Positions 53,401 through 62,950 are shown, counted from the first letter of the stretch. The stretch: 64,000 nt of DNA from Tolypothrix carrinoi HA7290-LM1 (GCA_019358935.1 JAHHIK010000007.1:1-64000), one strand, 5' to 3'. Program-made: numbers and translations. Notes: generated by a model not told the origin, from the letters alone.

Positions 53401-56400
53401 GATTTTGGTTTTTGGATGAAATCTGCTGGTGATAGCCGTATTAACCGATTTACATAGCGCTCCTCACCCCGTAAGGCGATTTCATCTTCCTTGTCGTCTG
53501 CCATCAACTCTGACAAAAGTGACTGAATCTCCTCTGGAGTACTGGCTCTACTCAAATCCACCCGAGTACAGCGAAGATTGGGATGTTCGTTGTTGATAAC
53601 CCGACCAAAACCCCACAAAGGAGATTGGGCAACACAGAGGGATTTCAAACCTCCTACTGTTTGGGTAGAGTTCGTCACCAAAAATAGACGCAGAGAATGC
53701 CGCCAATTGACTTTAGCCAATGCTTGAACCAAATGCAGCACGCCCAGACAGCTGTGTATCTGAGTTGATTCTAGGGTGGCTGCTGTCATTTCCTCACTTG
53801 GTGGTGTGTCTAGACTCCAGAGATAAACCACGCCGCGACAGGCTGGTTGACTGGCATTCACCGCTTCCAGGAGTTGCTGCATATCTTCTGCATGTTCCGG
53901 GCAAATTTGGAAGTTATCTGCATCAAGGCGCTTGAAGTCAATTGCAGGCTCTATCAGAATCGGGATTTCTTGGCGTTGTTTCAGTTCTTCTGCTAGCTGT
54001 TGCCCGACTCCAGAACTGTCAGCAAAAATTAACCAAGTTCCTGGATTTTCAGGCTTATGGGGAACAGCTGATGAGGGCTGAACTTCTTGCCCAAGCTTTG
54101 GGCTAGTAGCCAGAATAACGGTGTGGAGAGACTTATCTGTTTCTGGTAGTGTATCTGCAATGCTAGCAACTTCCGCAAACCCGACATCTTTTAGCAAAGA
54201 ACGCCACTGAGGCTCAGAAAGCAAAGGGTGCGATCGCCGCAGTTGGACATCAGTAAATAGCCACCAGCCGTTGAGCAATCCAAATACTAGATCCGCGAAG
54301 CGGTCAGTGGCTGTCAACTCCAGCAAAACCAGCAACCCGGAGGAAGCGAGAAGCTGTTTGACATTTTCTAGGGTCTGACGAAGGTCACGGGTCGCGTGCA
54401 GTACGTCTGATGCCAGAATCAGATCAAATGAATGCGGCTGAAATCCTTGCGCGACTATATCCGCCTCAATATCCAGAATTTGGTACTCAACAAAGGGATA
54501 ATCGCGGAACTTTTGCTCGGCAGAGACTGTAAACTGTGGTGAAATGTCAGTAAATATATATTCTGTCCGACGTGGCGTCAGCTTTGGAAGGACATAGGAT
54601 GTCAGCGAACCTGTACCTGCGCCAATTTCTAAAATCCGTACCGTTCGCTCTTTTGGTAAACCTTCCAGCGCAATAACGATCGCTTTTTCAACCAGCAGGT
54701 TATAGATCCGATAACTAGGTGAATCTTGGTACAGATGCTCAGATGTTGTCACAGAACCTTCCGGAAAAATGAGTTGCAGTGGCTCGACTTCTCCTCGCAA
54801 CACCTGACCCAACTTCTGACCGCACCGCCCTAACAACGTCAGTTCCGCTTGATAAGCGCTAAATTCCGCTAAAAGTGCTTTCCAAGTCTCAATAGGCTCC
54901 TTCATGGACGGTATGCGGCAAACTTCCCACTGGTCATCTACCCGACGCAGCACGCCTTCTTCAGCCAGGATTTCCAACAATCGACCCAAAAGTTGTCGAT
55001 GGTGAGACACTACGCCTAACTGTTCTGCAAGAGTTTCCGCGCTTATACGAGTCAGCAATTTCGGCTCCCATCCAAGTTGCTTGAAAGCTTTAAGAACGTA
55101 AGCAGCACATAAAGCATCAGTTTGTGGCTTTAACTGCTCGTAGAACTGCTTCCTTCCTAATTGCACGCTCAACCGAGTCGCTTCGGATTGGAGGTCAAAG
55201 GCGATTTGCATCGGGGAGGGCAGATAATCAGGGGTGGGGCGAACTAACTCTTGAGTGGGACGTGCCTTCATCTCCCATTGGTATTCGTAGAGGTAATCCA
55301 CTTTCTTTGAACTTTCCTGCTTGTTCTCCAAGGACTGGCAGACAAGTCCGAGAATTTCTACCAGTACGTTTCCGGCATCATCGAGCAGTTGAATATCTCC
55401 TTTGAGACGGGTGGCGGCGGTTTGCTCCATCAGGCGGGCGTAGCTCCACATTTGCAACCCTGGACGACCGTAAACTCTCACTTGTTCTATCTGTACTGGC
55501 AGGTAAGTCACTTTAACAGAGACAGTGGCGAGCGACACCTGAAAACAAGCATCAAGGATAGCCGGATGCAACTGGTATTCCCCGACTTCTGTCTGTAAAG
55601 CATTACTGATCTGAATTTGAGCCAGCGCTTCGCCTTCGCCGCTCCAAAGCTGCTCGATTCCTTGAAAACAAGGACCATATTCGAGTCCTATTTCCTGGAA
55701 TTGCCGATATAGATCTATCTTAGAAATTTCGTTGGGACAACGGCGGCGAATTTCATCCAGCACAACCTGCTTAGAGACAAAGCTATTTTGATTACGGCTC
55801 AGCTTGCCAGTTGCGTGTCGAACCCACTCCGATTGGGCACCTTTAACATTGCTGTTAATCTCGAAGAATGTTTGGCTTAGCTCTATACTTAACTGAAGTG
55901 TTGACGCACTACTTTCTGGTAAGAAGAGAGCTTTTTGAAATTCAATTTCCTCTATAATATAAGCGCCATCTTTGAAAATTTCCGATGCTGCAGCCAAAGC
56001 CATTTCCACATAAGCTGCTCCCGGATAAACCACGGCTCCTTGGACGCGATGGTCATCAAGATAACTGAGGCGATGCTTGTCAATCTCTGCATCCCAAATC
56101 GGTTGACTTGATTTCAGACGGCTTCCTAAAAGGGGGTGGACTTGTTGCCCCAACATTGAGCGCTGGGGGATTGTTCCAATCCGCACTCCCATAGATTCTT
56201 CAGACTCGTGCCAATAACGCTCTCGCTGCCAGGGATAAGAAGGCAAACGCACGAAACGCCCTTGCTGCGGATAGAGCTGATCCCAGTCAACCGGGTATCC
56301 CAAGGTGTAGAGCTTGCCAAATGACGAGAGCATCGTAGGGCGTTCCGGTTCTTTACGCCGCAGGGTTTGAAGCACTGTTCCAGATATCTCAGCTAAAGCC

Positions 56401-58943
56401 AGACACTCAGAAATTGAATTGGCGAGAACTGGATGAGCGCTTATTTCGAGGAAGGTGTTATAACGAGCTTGAATCAGGGAAGCGATCGCCGCTGCAAAAA
56501 GCACTGGCTCCCTCATGTTCAGACCCCAGTAGGTACCATCCAACTCTGAACCGTCTACCTGCTTGCTAGTAACGGTAGAGAACAGAGGAATTGTAGCCTT
56601 TTTAGGCTTGATTTTTTGCAGAGATTGTGCTAATTCTGCCTTTAATGGCTCCATGAAGGGGCTGTGATAAGGCACCTCAACTTGCAGGAACCGGCAGAAA
56701 ATTTGTTTTTGTTCTAAAGATGTGACAATTTCTGACAAGGCGGCGCTATCCCCAGCCAGGGTGACGGCACTGGGGCTGTTAACAGCTGCAATAGAAACGC
56801 AACTCTCGTATTTTAATCCTGCTAATACGCGCTGGGCTTCCTCTTGAGACAGCCCAACAGCTAGCATTTTCCCTTTGCCCGCAGCCGATGCTTGAACGCG
56901 GCTGCGGTGGAAAATGACCCGCACGGCATCTTCTAGACTCAGAACTCCGGCAACGTAGGCGGCTGCGACTTCACCGACGCTGTGACCCACGATTGCTTGG
57001 GGCGTAATGCCCCAGTCACACCACAAGGCGGCTAGAGCGATTTGCACGGCAAAGATGGAACACTGAGCGATTTGGGTAGAGTTGATGCGGCTCGTCTCTT
57101 CTGATGCTCTAAGTTCTGACAACAATGACCAATCAGCATATTGCCGCAGCAATTCGTCGCAGTGTTCGATTACCTCTCGGAATACGGGTTCGGATTCCAA
57201 CAACTGACGTCCCATTGCCCACCACTGGGGTCCCATACCAGAGAAAACGAAAGCCAGTTTGGGTTCAAAACCTGGAGCTAGGGAACCCGAAGACATAGCT
57301 GGACGGTTTTCTCCCGCTAGAAATGCTTCTAGGTTTTCTACCAGTTCTTCTTTAGTATAAGCCACCAACGCCAACCGATAGTCGTGATGACCTCGGCGAT
57401 TGCTAGCAGTGTAGCAGATGTCTGTCAATGAAACATCAGCGCCCTCTTCAAGAGCGGTTAAAAACTCATGGGTTGCTTTTGCAACAGCGATAAGTGCCTC
57501 CGGACTCTTTGCTGATAGGGGTAATAGCACTGAAAGAGAACCGCGCTCTGAATCGGCTATATTCGTTACAGCATCCGTTGCTAATCCTGATAAAAGCACA
57601 TGGGCATTCGTTCCCCCAAATCCAAAGGAATTCACGCCAGCAATGCGCGGTCCATTTTCGTTTTCCCAAGGTTCAAGGGTAGTAGGCACGCGCAACCCCA
57701 ATTCTTCAAAAGGAATTTTGGGATTCGGTGTTTGAAAATGTAGATTTGGCGGAATTTGGCAGTGCTTGAGAGCCAGCGCGACTTTGATGAGTCCAGCAAT
57801 TCCCGATGCTGTTTCCAAATGTCCAATGTTGGTTTTTACTGAACCAACTGTACAGTAGTTTCCTGGAGTCCGATTTTTACTCAGTACGTTTCCCAGAGCG
57901 ATCGCTTCTATCGGATCGCCCACGGGTGTGCCTGTGCCGTGAGCCTCAATATACTGTATTTGATGTGGCGATACCCCTGCCTGACGGCAGGCTTCCTGGA
58001 GTGCTGCTTCTTGAGACTGTCCGTTAGGAACCGTGATGCCATTGGTTTGACCGTCCTGGTTGACTGCGCTGCTAAGAATCACGGCATAAATCGGGTCTCT
58101 ATCTGCTTGCGCTTGAGATAAAGGCTTCAAAATAACAATACCGGCTCCCTCAGCGCGGACATAACCATTAGCTCGTGCATCAAAGGTAAAGCAACGCCCA
58201 TCGGGAGAGAGCATTGATGCCTGAGAAAATCCTATGGTTGCTTCTGGTCTGAGTATCGCATTCACGCCTCCTGCTATTGCCAGCACAGACTCTCCATTCC
58301 AGATACTTTGACACGCAAGATGAACTGCAACCAGCGATGAAGAGCAGGCTGTGTCAACAGTCATACTTGGTCCTTTGAGGTCAAATACGTAGGAAATGCG
58401 GTTAGCTGTGATACAGTTAACGCCGCCCAAGTTTGTATAAGCGTTAATGGAGTCGCGATCACTCCCTTGGATGTTTTGGTAATCGCTACCTGATATTCCA
58501 ACAAACACCCCTGTCTTCGAGTCAGCAAGGCGTTCTGGCATCTGCCCCCCGTCCTCCAGCGCTTCCCAGGCTACCTCCAGCATCAGTCGTTGCTGCGGGT
58601 CCATGCGAGATGCCTCTCGCGGAGAAATTCCGAAAAATTGGGCATCAAATTCGTCTATCTTATTTACAAAGCCGCCCCAGCGGGTTCGTATTTTGCCCGG
58701 TTTTGCTATATCCGGGTCGTAAAAATTATTTACGTTCCAGCGCGACTCTGGCACCTCGCTAATGGCATCCACGCCCGAAAGCAGCAGTTTCCAGAAAGCT
58801 TCTGGGCTGTTGACATTGCCTGGAAAGCGGCAGCCCATACCGATAATGGCTATGGATTCTTTTTCTCTACCACTGCCCCCACCTTCAAAGTACGTGGTTT
58901 CTTTTAAAGTTTGCTGCTTAAGATATGGCACATCCTGAGTCAT
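50457..58943 (-). CDS. Single-module type I PKS: KS-AT-DH-MT-ER-KR-ACP-TE
   Basis: DTACSSS/HGTGT/NIGH, GHSVG and VPYHS, HPLLG and DHRVQGAVVYP, LEIGAGTG, HAAAGGVG, ITGGLGGFG, LGLDSL, GHSLG. Confidence 0.95.
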   Translation of the reverse strand: MTQDVPYLKQQTLKETTYFEGGGSGREKESIAIIGMGCRFPGNVNSPEAFWKLLLSGVDAISEVPESRWNVNNFYDPDIAKPGKIRTRWGGFVNKIDEFDAQFFGISPREASRMDPQQRLMLEVAWEALEDGGQMPERLADSKTGVFVGISGSDYQNIQGSDRDSINAYTNLGGVNCITANRISYVFDLKGPSMTVDTACSSSLVAVHLACQSIWNGESVLAIAGGVNAILRPEATIGFSQASMLSPDGRCFTFDARANGYVRAEGAGIVILKPLSQAQADRDPIYAVILSSAVNQDGQTNGITVPNGQSQEAALQEACRQAGVSPHQIQYIEAHGTGTPVGDPIEAIALGNVLSKNRTPGNYCTVGSVKTNIGHLETASGIAGLIKVALALKHCQIPPNLHFQTPNPKIPFEELGLRVPTTLEPWENENGPRIAGVNSFGFGGTNAHVLLSGLATDAVTNIADSERGSLSVLLPLSAKSPEALIAVAKATHEFLTALEEGADVSLTDICYTASNRRGHHDYRLALVAYTKEELVENLEAFLAGENRPAMSSGSLAPGFEPKLAFVFSGMGPQWWAMGRQLLESEPVFREVIEHCDELLRQYADWSLLSELRASEETSRINSTQIAQCSIFAVQIALAALWCDWGITPQAIVGHSVGEVAAAYVAGVLSLEDAVRVIFHRSRVQASAAGKGKMLAVGLSQEEAQRVLAGLKYESCVSIAAVNSPSAVTLAGDSAALSEIVTSLEQKQIFCRFLQVEVPYHSPFMEPLKAELAQSLQKIKPKKATIPLFSTVTSKQVDGSELDGTYWGLNMREPVLFAAAIASLIQARYNTFLEISAHPVLANSISECLALAEISGTVLQTLRRKEPERPTMLSSFGKLYTLGYPVDWDQLYPQQGRFVRLPSYPWQRERYWHESEESMGVRIGTIPQRSMLGQQVHPLLGSRLKSSQPIWDAEIDKHRLSYLDDHRVQGAVVYPGAAYVEMALAAASEIFKDGAYIIEEIEFQKALFLPESSASTLQLSIELSQTFFEINSNVKGAQSEWVRHATGKLSRNQNSFVSKQVVLDEIRRRCPNEISKIDLYRQFQEIGLEYGPCFQGIEQLWSGEGEALAQIQISNALQTEVGEYQLHPAILDACFQVSLATVSVKVTYLPVQIEQVRVYGRPGLQMWSYARLMEQTAATRLKGDIQLLDDAGNVLVEILGLVCQSLENKQESSKKVDYLYEYQWEMKARPTQELVRPTPDYLPSPMQIAFDLQSEATRLSVQLGRKQFYEQLKPQTDALCAAYVLKAFKQLGWEPKLLTRISAETLAEQLGVVSHHRQLLGRLLEILAEEGVLRRVDDQWEVCRIPSMKEPIETWKALLAEFSAYQAELTLLGRCGQKLGQVLRGEVEPLQLIFPEGSVTTSEHLYQDSPSYRIYNLLVEKAIVIALEGLPKERTVRILEIGAGTGSLTSYVLPKLTPRRTEYIFTDISPQFTVSAEQKFRDYPFVEYQILDIEADIVAQGFQPHSFDLILASDVLHATRDLRQTLENVKQLLASSGLLVLLELTATDRFADLVFGLLNGWWLFTDVQLRRSHPLLSEPQWRSLLKDVGFAEVASIADTLPETDKSLHTVILATSPKLGQEVQPSSAVPHKPENPGTWLIFADSSGVGQQLAEELKQRQEIPILIEPAIDFKRLDADNFQICPEHAEDMQQLLEAVNASQPACRGVVYLWSLDTPPSEEMTAATLESTQIHSCLGVLHLVQALAKVNWRHSLRLFLVTNSTQTVGGLKSLCVAQSPLWGFGRVINNEHPNLRCTRVDLSRASTPEEIQSLLSELMADDKEDEIALRGEERYVNRLIRLSPADFIQKPKSLVQNQEPFRLEISTPGVLDNLELRSYARQEPASGSVEIQVCATGLNFKDVAKAINLLSDASLEGTFSGRSLGIECAGIVTAIGSGVEEFKIGDEVIACAPHSFSTHTTTDARAVVHKPAHLSFEEAATIPVTFLTAYYALHYLGQICKGERVLIHAAAGGVGLAAIQIARLVGAEIFATAGSPEKREFLRSLGVQHVMDSRSLAFASQVMEITGGKGVDIVLNSLAGEAIPKTLSVLGAYGRFIEIGKRDIEQNNKLGLRPFQNNLSFFAVDLDKLLSDRPDKAGSLLGEVMQYFEAKTFHPLPHRVFPISRVISAFRYMAQAKHIGKIVVSLQEPDVTVAPSSEETVTFRPDGTYLITGGLGGFGLAVAQWLVEGGARHLVLMGRSGASSPAASEAVKILESAGARVVVAKADVSQEEQVKGVLTDIKQSMPPLRGIIHAAMVLDDAPLLDLNQERLAKAIAPKLIGAWNLHTHTLNAPLDFFVSFSSFSSIIGNAGQGNYVAANTFLDTLAHHRRAQGLPALTVNWGAIADVGYVAQNTVVGQYLEQIGMKALPSQEALQILGQLLLLEAVQTGVAPVNWQRWGEIYPAGASARFSHLVNEATVLGKADGRNSERDSLRNTVLVAKPAERQQILESHLQKQVARVLGTSPAKLDRSKPLTNLGLDSLMGVELSNRIESVLGVSVPTMKLMQGPSISQLAVELVEQLMETSLTTATTSQTQLPPSVTAVPTDWLVFPKPNPDACLRLFCFPYLGGSSSVFLPWSDDLPSDVEVCAVKLPGNKDFLGEQSFDELTSIVETLAQVVLPYLDKPFVFYGHSLGALVSFELARQLRRENGKIPAHLFIGASQAPQLPYLHPSVEQFSEFELIKGVSVNDLLQLYWEKTELVELLPQILKEVTLLTERYSYTEEEPLDCPISVFGGTQDKVITEDLLSAWREQTRSTFKLQMFSGNHLFLHSDQQLLLQAISEELTPLMSSLVK

Positions 58944-59008
58944 GACGGATTTATTCTTGAAGGGTTACTTTTATTCTTACTGTGGTGAGCATCCATAGGA
59001 GTTGATTT

Positions 59009-59054
59009 ATGCTTCCGGTAGTGAAGTCATAATACGATTCAGTACCGGAAGCAT
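59009..59054. promoter_or_regulatory. Hairpin about 65 bp upstream of the PKS start
   Basis: ATGCTTCCGGTA...TACCGGAAGCAT followed by a T-run on the + strand. Confidence 0.5.
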
Positions 59055-59775
59055 TTTTTCATACTTCTGATGATAATACAACATCTATTGAGCTAAATGA
59101 TGACGTAATCTCGTATTAGTAGAGATTTTGTGTAAAAAAAGTTTGTGCCAATAGAGATAATCATATCCACCGCTTGGGTGGCGATTAACTCCTCTCGAAT
59201 CTCCTTTTCCCCATGTCCCGCATCCGATGCAGAACTCGCCATCACAAACCCGGCTCTACCTCGCTCATTTAAATAACTGTAAAAATACTGTACTGGAGTT
59301 TAGACTAACGCTCTTTTATTACTAAACTTAAAGTATAATTAATTACTAACAGCTTAACCTACCAGGAGTGTTTGATTGGGTTCAAGAACAGCTACCTCCA
59401 CCATCACCGTGGTGAAATTAAAGACGATCATGTTAAATTGTGGCAGATGGGAGGATTAGATGAACTACTAGAGCGGGGTTGTCAACAGGTGCGAGGTTAT
59501 CTAGTTAATCTTGATGAGAATCACAGCGATCGCCATCTTTGTGATAGCATCAGCAATTCTCAGAGATGATATTGTATTACTCACGTTCGCGTCACTACCT
59601 TTGACTAAAAGCCATTATCGGCATTTAGAAAAGTCTTCAAGCACAAATTTAGCTAATGGTACGGTGACCTTATGTTCTTAAGAAAAAAATAATAAATTTA
59701 ATCCTGGCAATCAAAAAAAGCACTGTAGCATAAGCAACAAAGGAGCTAATCATGTTACCTTCACTGCGCGGTATT

Positions 59776-59849
59776 GGCAATCTCTTCAATCATCCTCAGA
59801 GCAAATTATCTCAATCGTTGCTTGCTTTCGGCTCTCTTTGCTACTCGAC
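59776..59849. repeat. 74-bp direct repeat, copy B
   Basis: Matches 46110-46183. Confidence 0.8.
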
Positions 59850-60070
59850 ATTTGTCAAGTACGCATTCGTGGATGGCGTATAGATATGGGAGTGCAGTAG
59901 TTGGCTGCTGCGGTGCTTAGTGCGACTCTAATTCTTCCATTTGTTGCTTTTTCGCTTCGTTTCTGCTCTCAGACTAACTATTCCCCCAGAACAGCCTCCA
60001 ATTGGGCGATCGCTTAAGAGTGAATCGGTGCAACCTGTTCTTGAATGGGCGCTAACTGTGCAGCTATCTT

Positions 60071-60178
60071 GACAATAACGTTATTGGCAGAGTCTGGTTC
60101 CTCTGACTCAGTTTTGACAATAACGTTATTGGCAGAGTCTGGTTTCACCGTTTCACCTTTGACCATTACGTTATTAGC
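60071..60178. repeat. Three non-coding copies of the parB-internal palindrome (candidate parS)
   Basis: GACAATAACGTTATTGGC at 60071 and 60116, GACCATTACGTTATTAGC at 60161; 45-bp period. Confidence 0.85.
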
Positions 60179-60658
60179 TACTTTGGCATCAACGAGCGAG
60201 AAGGCGTTTTAATGTAGCTCAAGATTTGGAGTGCCTGTGCCGGCAAATTTTACTCTAACTGTTTAAGTTTCTCATCAATTCTTCGCACACTTGACGCGAG
60301 TCGGCACACCCTATCACTAGACGCATCAGTTATAGACTACAAAGCGCCTGTTCTTACCAAAGACAATTGCTCGTGACCCGACATCTTCACATACAGCTAG
60401 CAGCTTTACACTTGAGAAGAAATAATAATACTTCCTACGGAATTTTCCGCGCATTACTATCAGCAAGACGCGTGGAGTGCAAGCGATCGCTCGCAGTGCT
60501 CAAATTGGTAATAAGCGGTACTAAAGAAGCGATCGCGCTTCTTGACTCTGCGGTCAATCGTAAGAACGTCATCAAGTCTTTTTATGAGACAAACACAATT
60601 TAACAGCACTAATTGAGTTATCTTACCTCTATATGGGGCAGAGCCAATCAACTCACTT

Positions 60659-61414
60659 ATGAGCCGAATTATTGCAATATTTAATCAAGCGGGTGGTGTC
60701 GCCAAGTCAACTCTTACCCAAAACTTGGGCTATCATTTAGCACAACTCAAGCATCGTGTCCTCCTCATCGACATGGACCCTCAAGGCTCCTTAACAATCT
60801 TTATGGGTTTGGTTCCTAGAGTTTTAAGCAAAACTGTCTATGATGCCATAGTCGAAGAACAACCCCTGTCGATTCATCAGGGAATTCACGGCATGGACTT
60901 AGCCCCCACCAACACCACCCTTAGTACAGCGGAAATGCTATTGGTCAATGCCGAACTGCGCGACTTCCGTCTCAAAGAAGCTATTGAGCCAATCCAGGAC
61001 GATTACGACTTCATCTTAATAGACTGCCCTCCCAGTCTAGGACTGCTAAGTTACATTTCTCTTGTAGCTGCTACTCATGTCCTTGTCCCCATCGAAACTC
61101 ATTTCAAAGCTTTTGAAGGAACAAACGAACTCCTGAAAACCGTCGCCAGGATTCGCACCAAAGTCAACCGTCATCTTGAGATAGCTGGGTTTGTTCCCAC
61201 CAAATACGATTCCCGTAATTCCCAGGACACTCGCACCTTGGGAGCAATTACTGAACAACTCTCTCAGATGGGAAAAGTCTTTCCCCCCATTCCTCGTTCC
61301 ACTACCTTCGTTGATGCAACAGAAGACCGAATGCCCCTAGCCGTGTATGAGCCAAAGCATCCAGCTGTTGCTGTCCTTAAACAGTTAGCTAGCAGCATGG
61401 AGTCCTTAAAATGA
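60659..61414 (+). CDS. parA: ParA/Soj family ATPase
   Basis: NQAGGVAKST, IDMDPQGSL, LIDCPPSLG. Confidence 0.95.
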   Translation: MSRIIAIFNQAGGVAKSTLTQNLGYHLAQLKHRVLLIDMDPQGSLTIFMGLVPRVLSKTVYDAIVEEQPLSIHQGIHGMDLAPTNTTLSTAEMLLVNAELRDFRLKEAIEPIQDDYDFILIDCPPSLGLLSYISLVAATHVLVPIETHFKAFEGTNELLKTVARIRTKVNRHLEIAGFVPTKYDSRNSQDTRTLGAITEQLSQMGKVFPPIPRSTTFVDATEDRMPLAVYEPKHPAVAVLKQLASSMESLK

Positions 61415-62757
61415 TCCGCAAACGCAACCAACCTCTCAAAAGTCAAATTGAAGTGCCTTGGGACCCCAGAAGCGATTTATCTCCCAACGCTGCCGCCGAG
61501 TCCACCCAGAACGTGCCATTAGAGCAGATACGTCTCCCCCAACAGCAACCCCGGCGTTACTTTGACCCTCAAGCTCTAAACGAGTTAATCGACTCAGTCA
61601 AACAGCATGGCATCCTGCAACCCTTATTAGTGCGCCCCATTGATGAGGGTCAATACGAATTAGTGGCAGGGGAACGACGCTACCGCGCCGCAAAAGATTG
61701 TGGACTTGAAAAAGTTCCCGTCGTTGTCCGCGAGTTGAGTAACGAAGATGCTTTCCAACTCGCACTAATAGAAAACTTGCTTCGAGAAGACCTCAACCCA
61801 GTGGAGTCAACTGAAGGCATCCTACAACTGTTGGCAGTCAGGTTAAAGCGCAATGTTGAGTCAGTTCCAACCTTACTGCATCGCCTACAACGCGAATACA
61901 AAGAAGCCGCCAAAGTTGCCAATAACGTTATTGGCAACTTTGGCGCATCGGATCTAGACACTGCCAATAACGTTATTGGCAAAAGTGAAGCGGATGATGA
62001 ACCGGAATCTGCCAATAACGTTATTGGCAAAACTTCAGTATCGGATCAAGACACTGCCAATAACGTTATTGGCAAAACTTCAGTATCGGATCAAGACACT
62101 GCCAATAACGTTATTGGCAAAAGTGAAGCGGAGGAATCAGGCGCTGCCAATAACGTTACTGTCAAAAATGAATCTGATGAGGGGGAATCTGCCAATAATG
62201 TTATTGGCAAAAGTGAAGCAGATCCAGACGCTGCCAATAACGTTATTGTCAAAAATTCAGCATCGGCTCAAGACTCTGCCAATAACGTTATTGGCAAAAC
62301 TGAGTCGGATGGTTCATCACCATCCCCCAACCCGAATTTAAGTGCCAATCCAGACCTGAAGATTATTGAAGAAGTATTTATCGGCTTGGGGACAATGACC
62401 TGGGAGTCCTTTGTCAATAATCGTCTGCCCCTACTAAACCTCCCAGAAGACATCCTCAATGTGCTGCGCTCTGGACAAATTGCCTACACCAAAGCCAAAG
62501 TTATTGCCCAAATCAAAGAGGACTCAACACGGCAAACCGTTTTAGAAAAAGCCGTTGCCAATAGCTGGTCACTATCACAAATTAAAGAACACATCCAAAC
62601 CCTATCACCCACTACGCCACCACCAACGCCTCTCAAGTCTCGTCTGGATGCCACAATCCGTCAGGTGAAGAAAGCCCGGATTTGGGATGACCCCAACAAG
62701 CAAACTCGTCTATCAACACTTCTAGCAGAACTGGAAACCCTCCTGGCTGAGGATTAA
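61411..62757 (+). CDS. parB: ParB/Spo0J CTPase-type partition protein with internal ANNVIG repeats
   Basis: QPRRYF, GILQPLLVR, LVAGERRYRAA, IENLLREDLNP, NNRLPLLNLP. Confidence 0.95.
   Translation: MIRKRNQPLKSQIEVPWDPRSDLSPNAAAESTQNVPLEQIRLPQQQPRRYFDPQALNELIDSVKQHGILQPLLVRPIDEGQYELVAGERRYRAAKDCGLEKVPVVVRELSNEDAFQLALIENLLREDLNPVESTEGILQLLAVRLKRNVESVPTLLHRLQREYKEAAKVANNVIGNFGASDLDTANNVIGKSEADDEPESANNVIGKTSVSDQDTANNVIGKTSVSDQDTANNVIGKSEAEESGAANNVTVKNESDEGESANNVIGKSEADPDAANNVIVKNSASAQDSANNVIGKTESDGSSPSPNPNLSANPDLKIIEEVFIGLGTMTWESFVNNRLPLLNLPEDILNVLRSGQIAYTKAKVIAQIKEDSTRQTVLEKAVANSWSLSQIKEHIQTLSPTTPPPTPLKSRLDATIRQVKKARIWDDPNKQTRLSTLLAELETLLAED
61908..62295. repeat. Nine copies of 18-bp palindrome GCCAATAACGTTATTGGC in the parB coding sequence
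   Basis: Starts 61918, 61963, 62011, 62056, 62101, 62146, 62191, 62233, 62278; six perfect. Confidence 0.95.
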
Positions 62758-62950
62758 ACGCCACTAAAAACAACACCCATAATCCGTAAAACCTTTGCCC
62801 TGACTGCATTGGAGAGTGTATAACCAACTACGAACCTGGCTGAACTGGAAACCCTTCTCACTCTCGATTAAACGCCACTAAAACCTACGCCTATAATCAG
62901 TAAAACCCTTATCATTACTGCATTATAGAATGTATAACAAACCACAAAAG
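62728..62950 (+). repeat. Degenerate 114-bp tandem duplication of the parB 3' end and downstream DNA
   Basis: GAACTGGAAACCC...GATTAAACGCCACTAAAAAC at 62728 and 62842. Confidence 0.8.

Noticed and set aside
50795..58907. Many short ORFs overlapping the PKS on either strand
   Set aside because: Shadow frames with no recognisable motifs
46755..58943. Heterocyst glycolipid (hgl) cluster because of devBC
   Set aside because: PKS architecture (MT, single ACP, TE) is unlike HglE/Pfa-type multi-ACP synthases and other hgl genes are absent
61918..62295. CRISPR array (regular palindromic repeats with spacers)
   Set aside because: Repeats are only 18 bp, spacers resemble each other, all periods are multiples of 3 inside an intact parB frame, and no cas genes are present
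61680..62341. ORFs 61680-62030 (-) and 61976-62341 (+) with LPITLL repeats
   Set aside because: Alternate-frame readings of the same palindromes within parB
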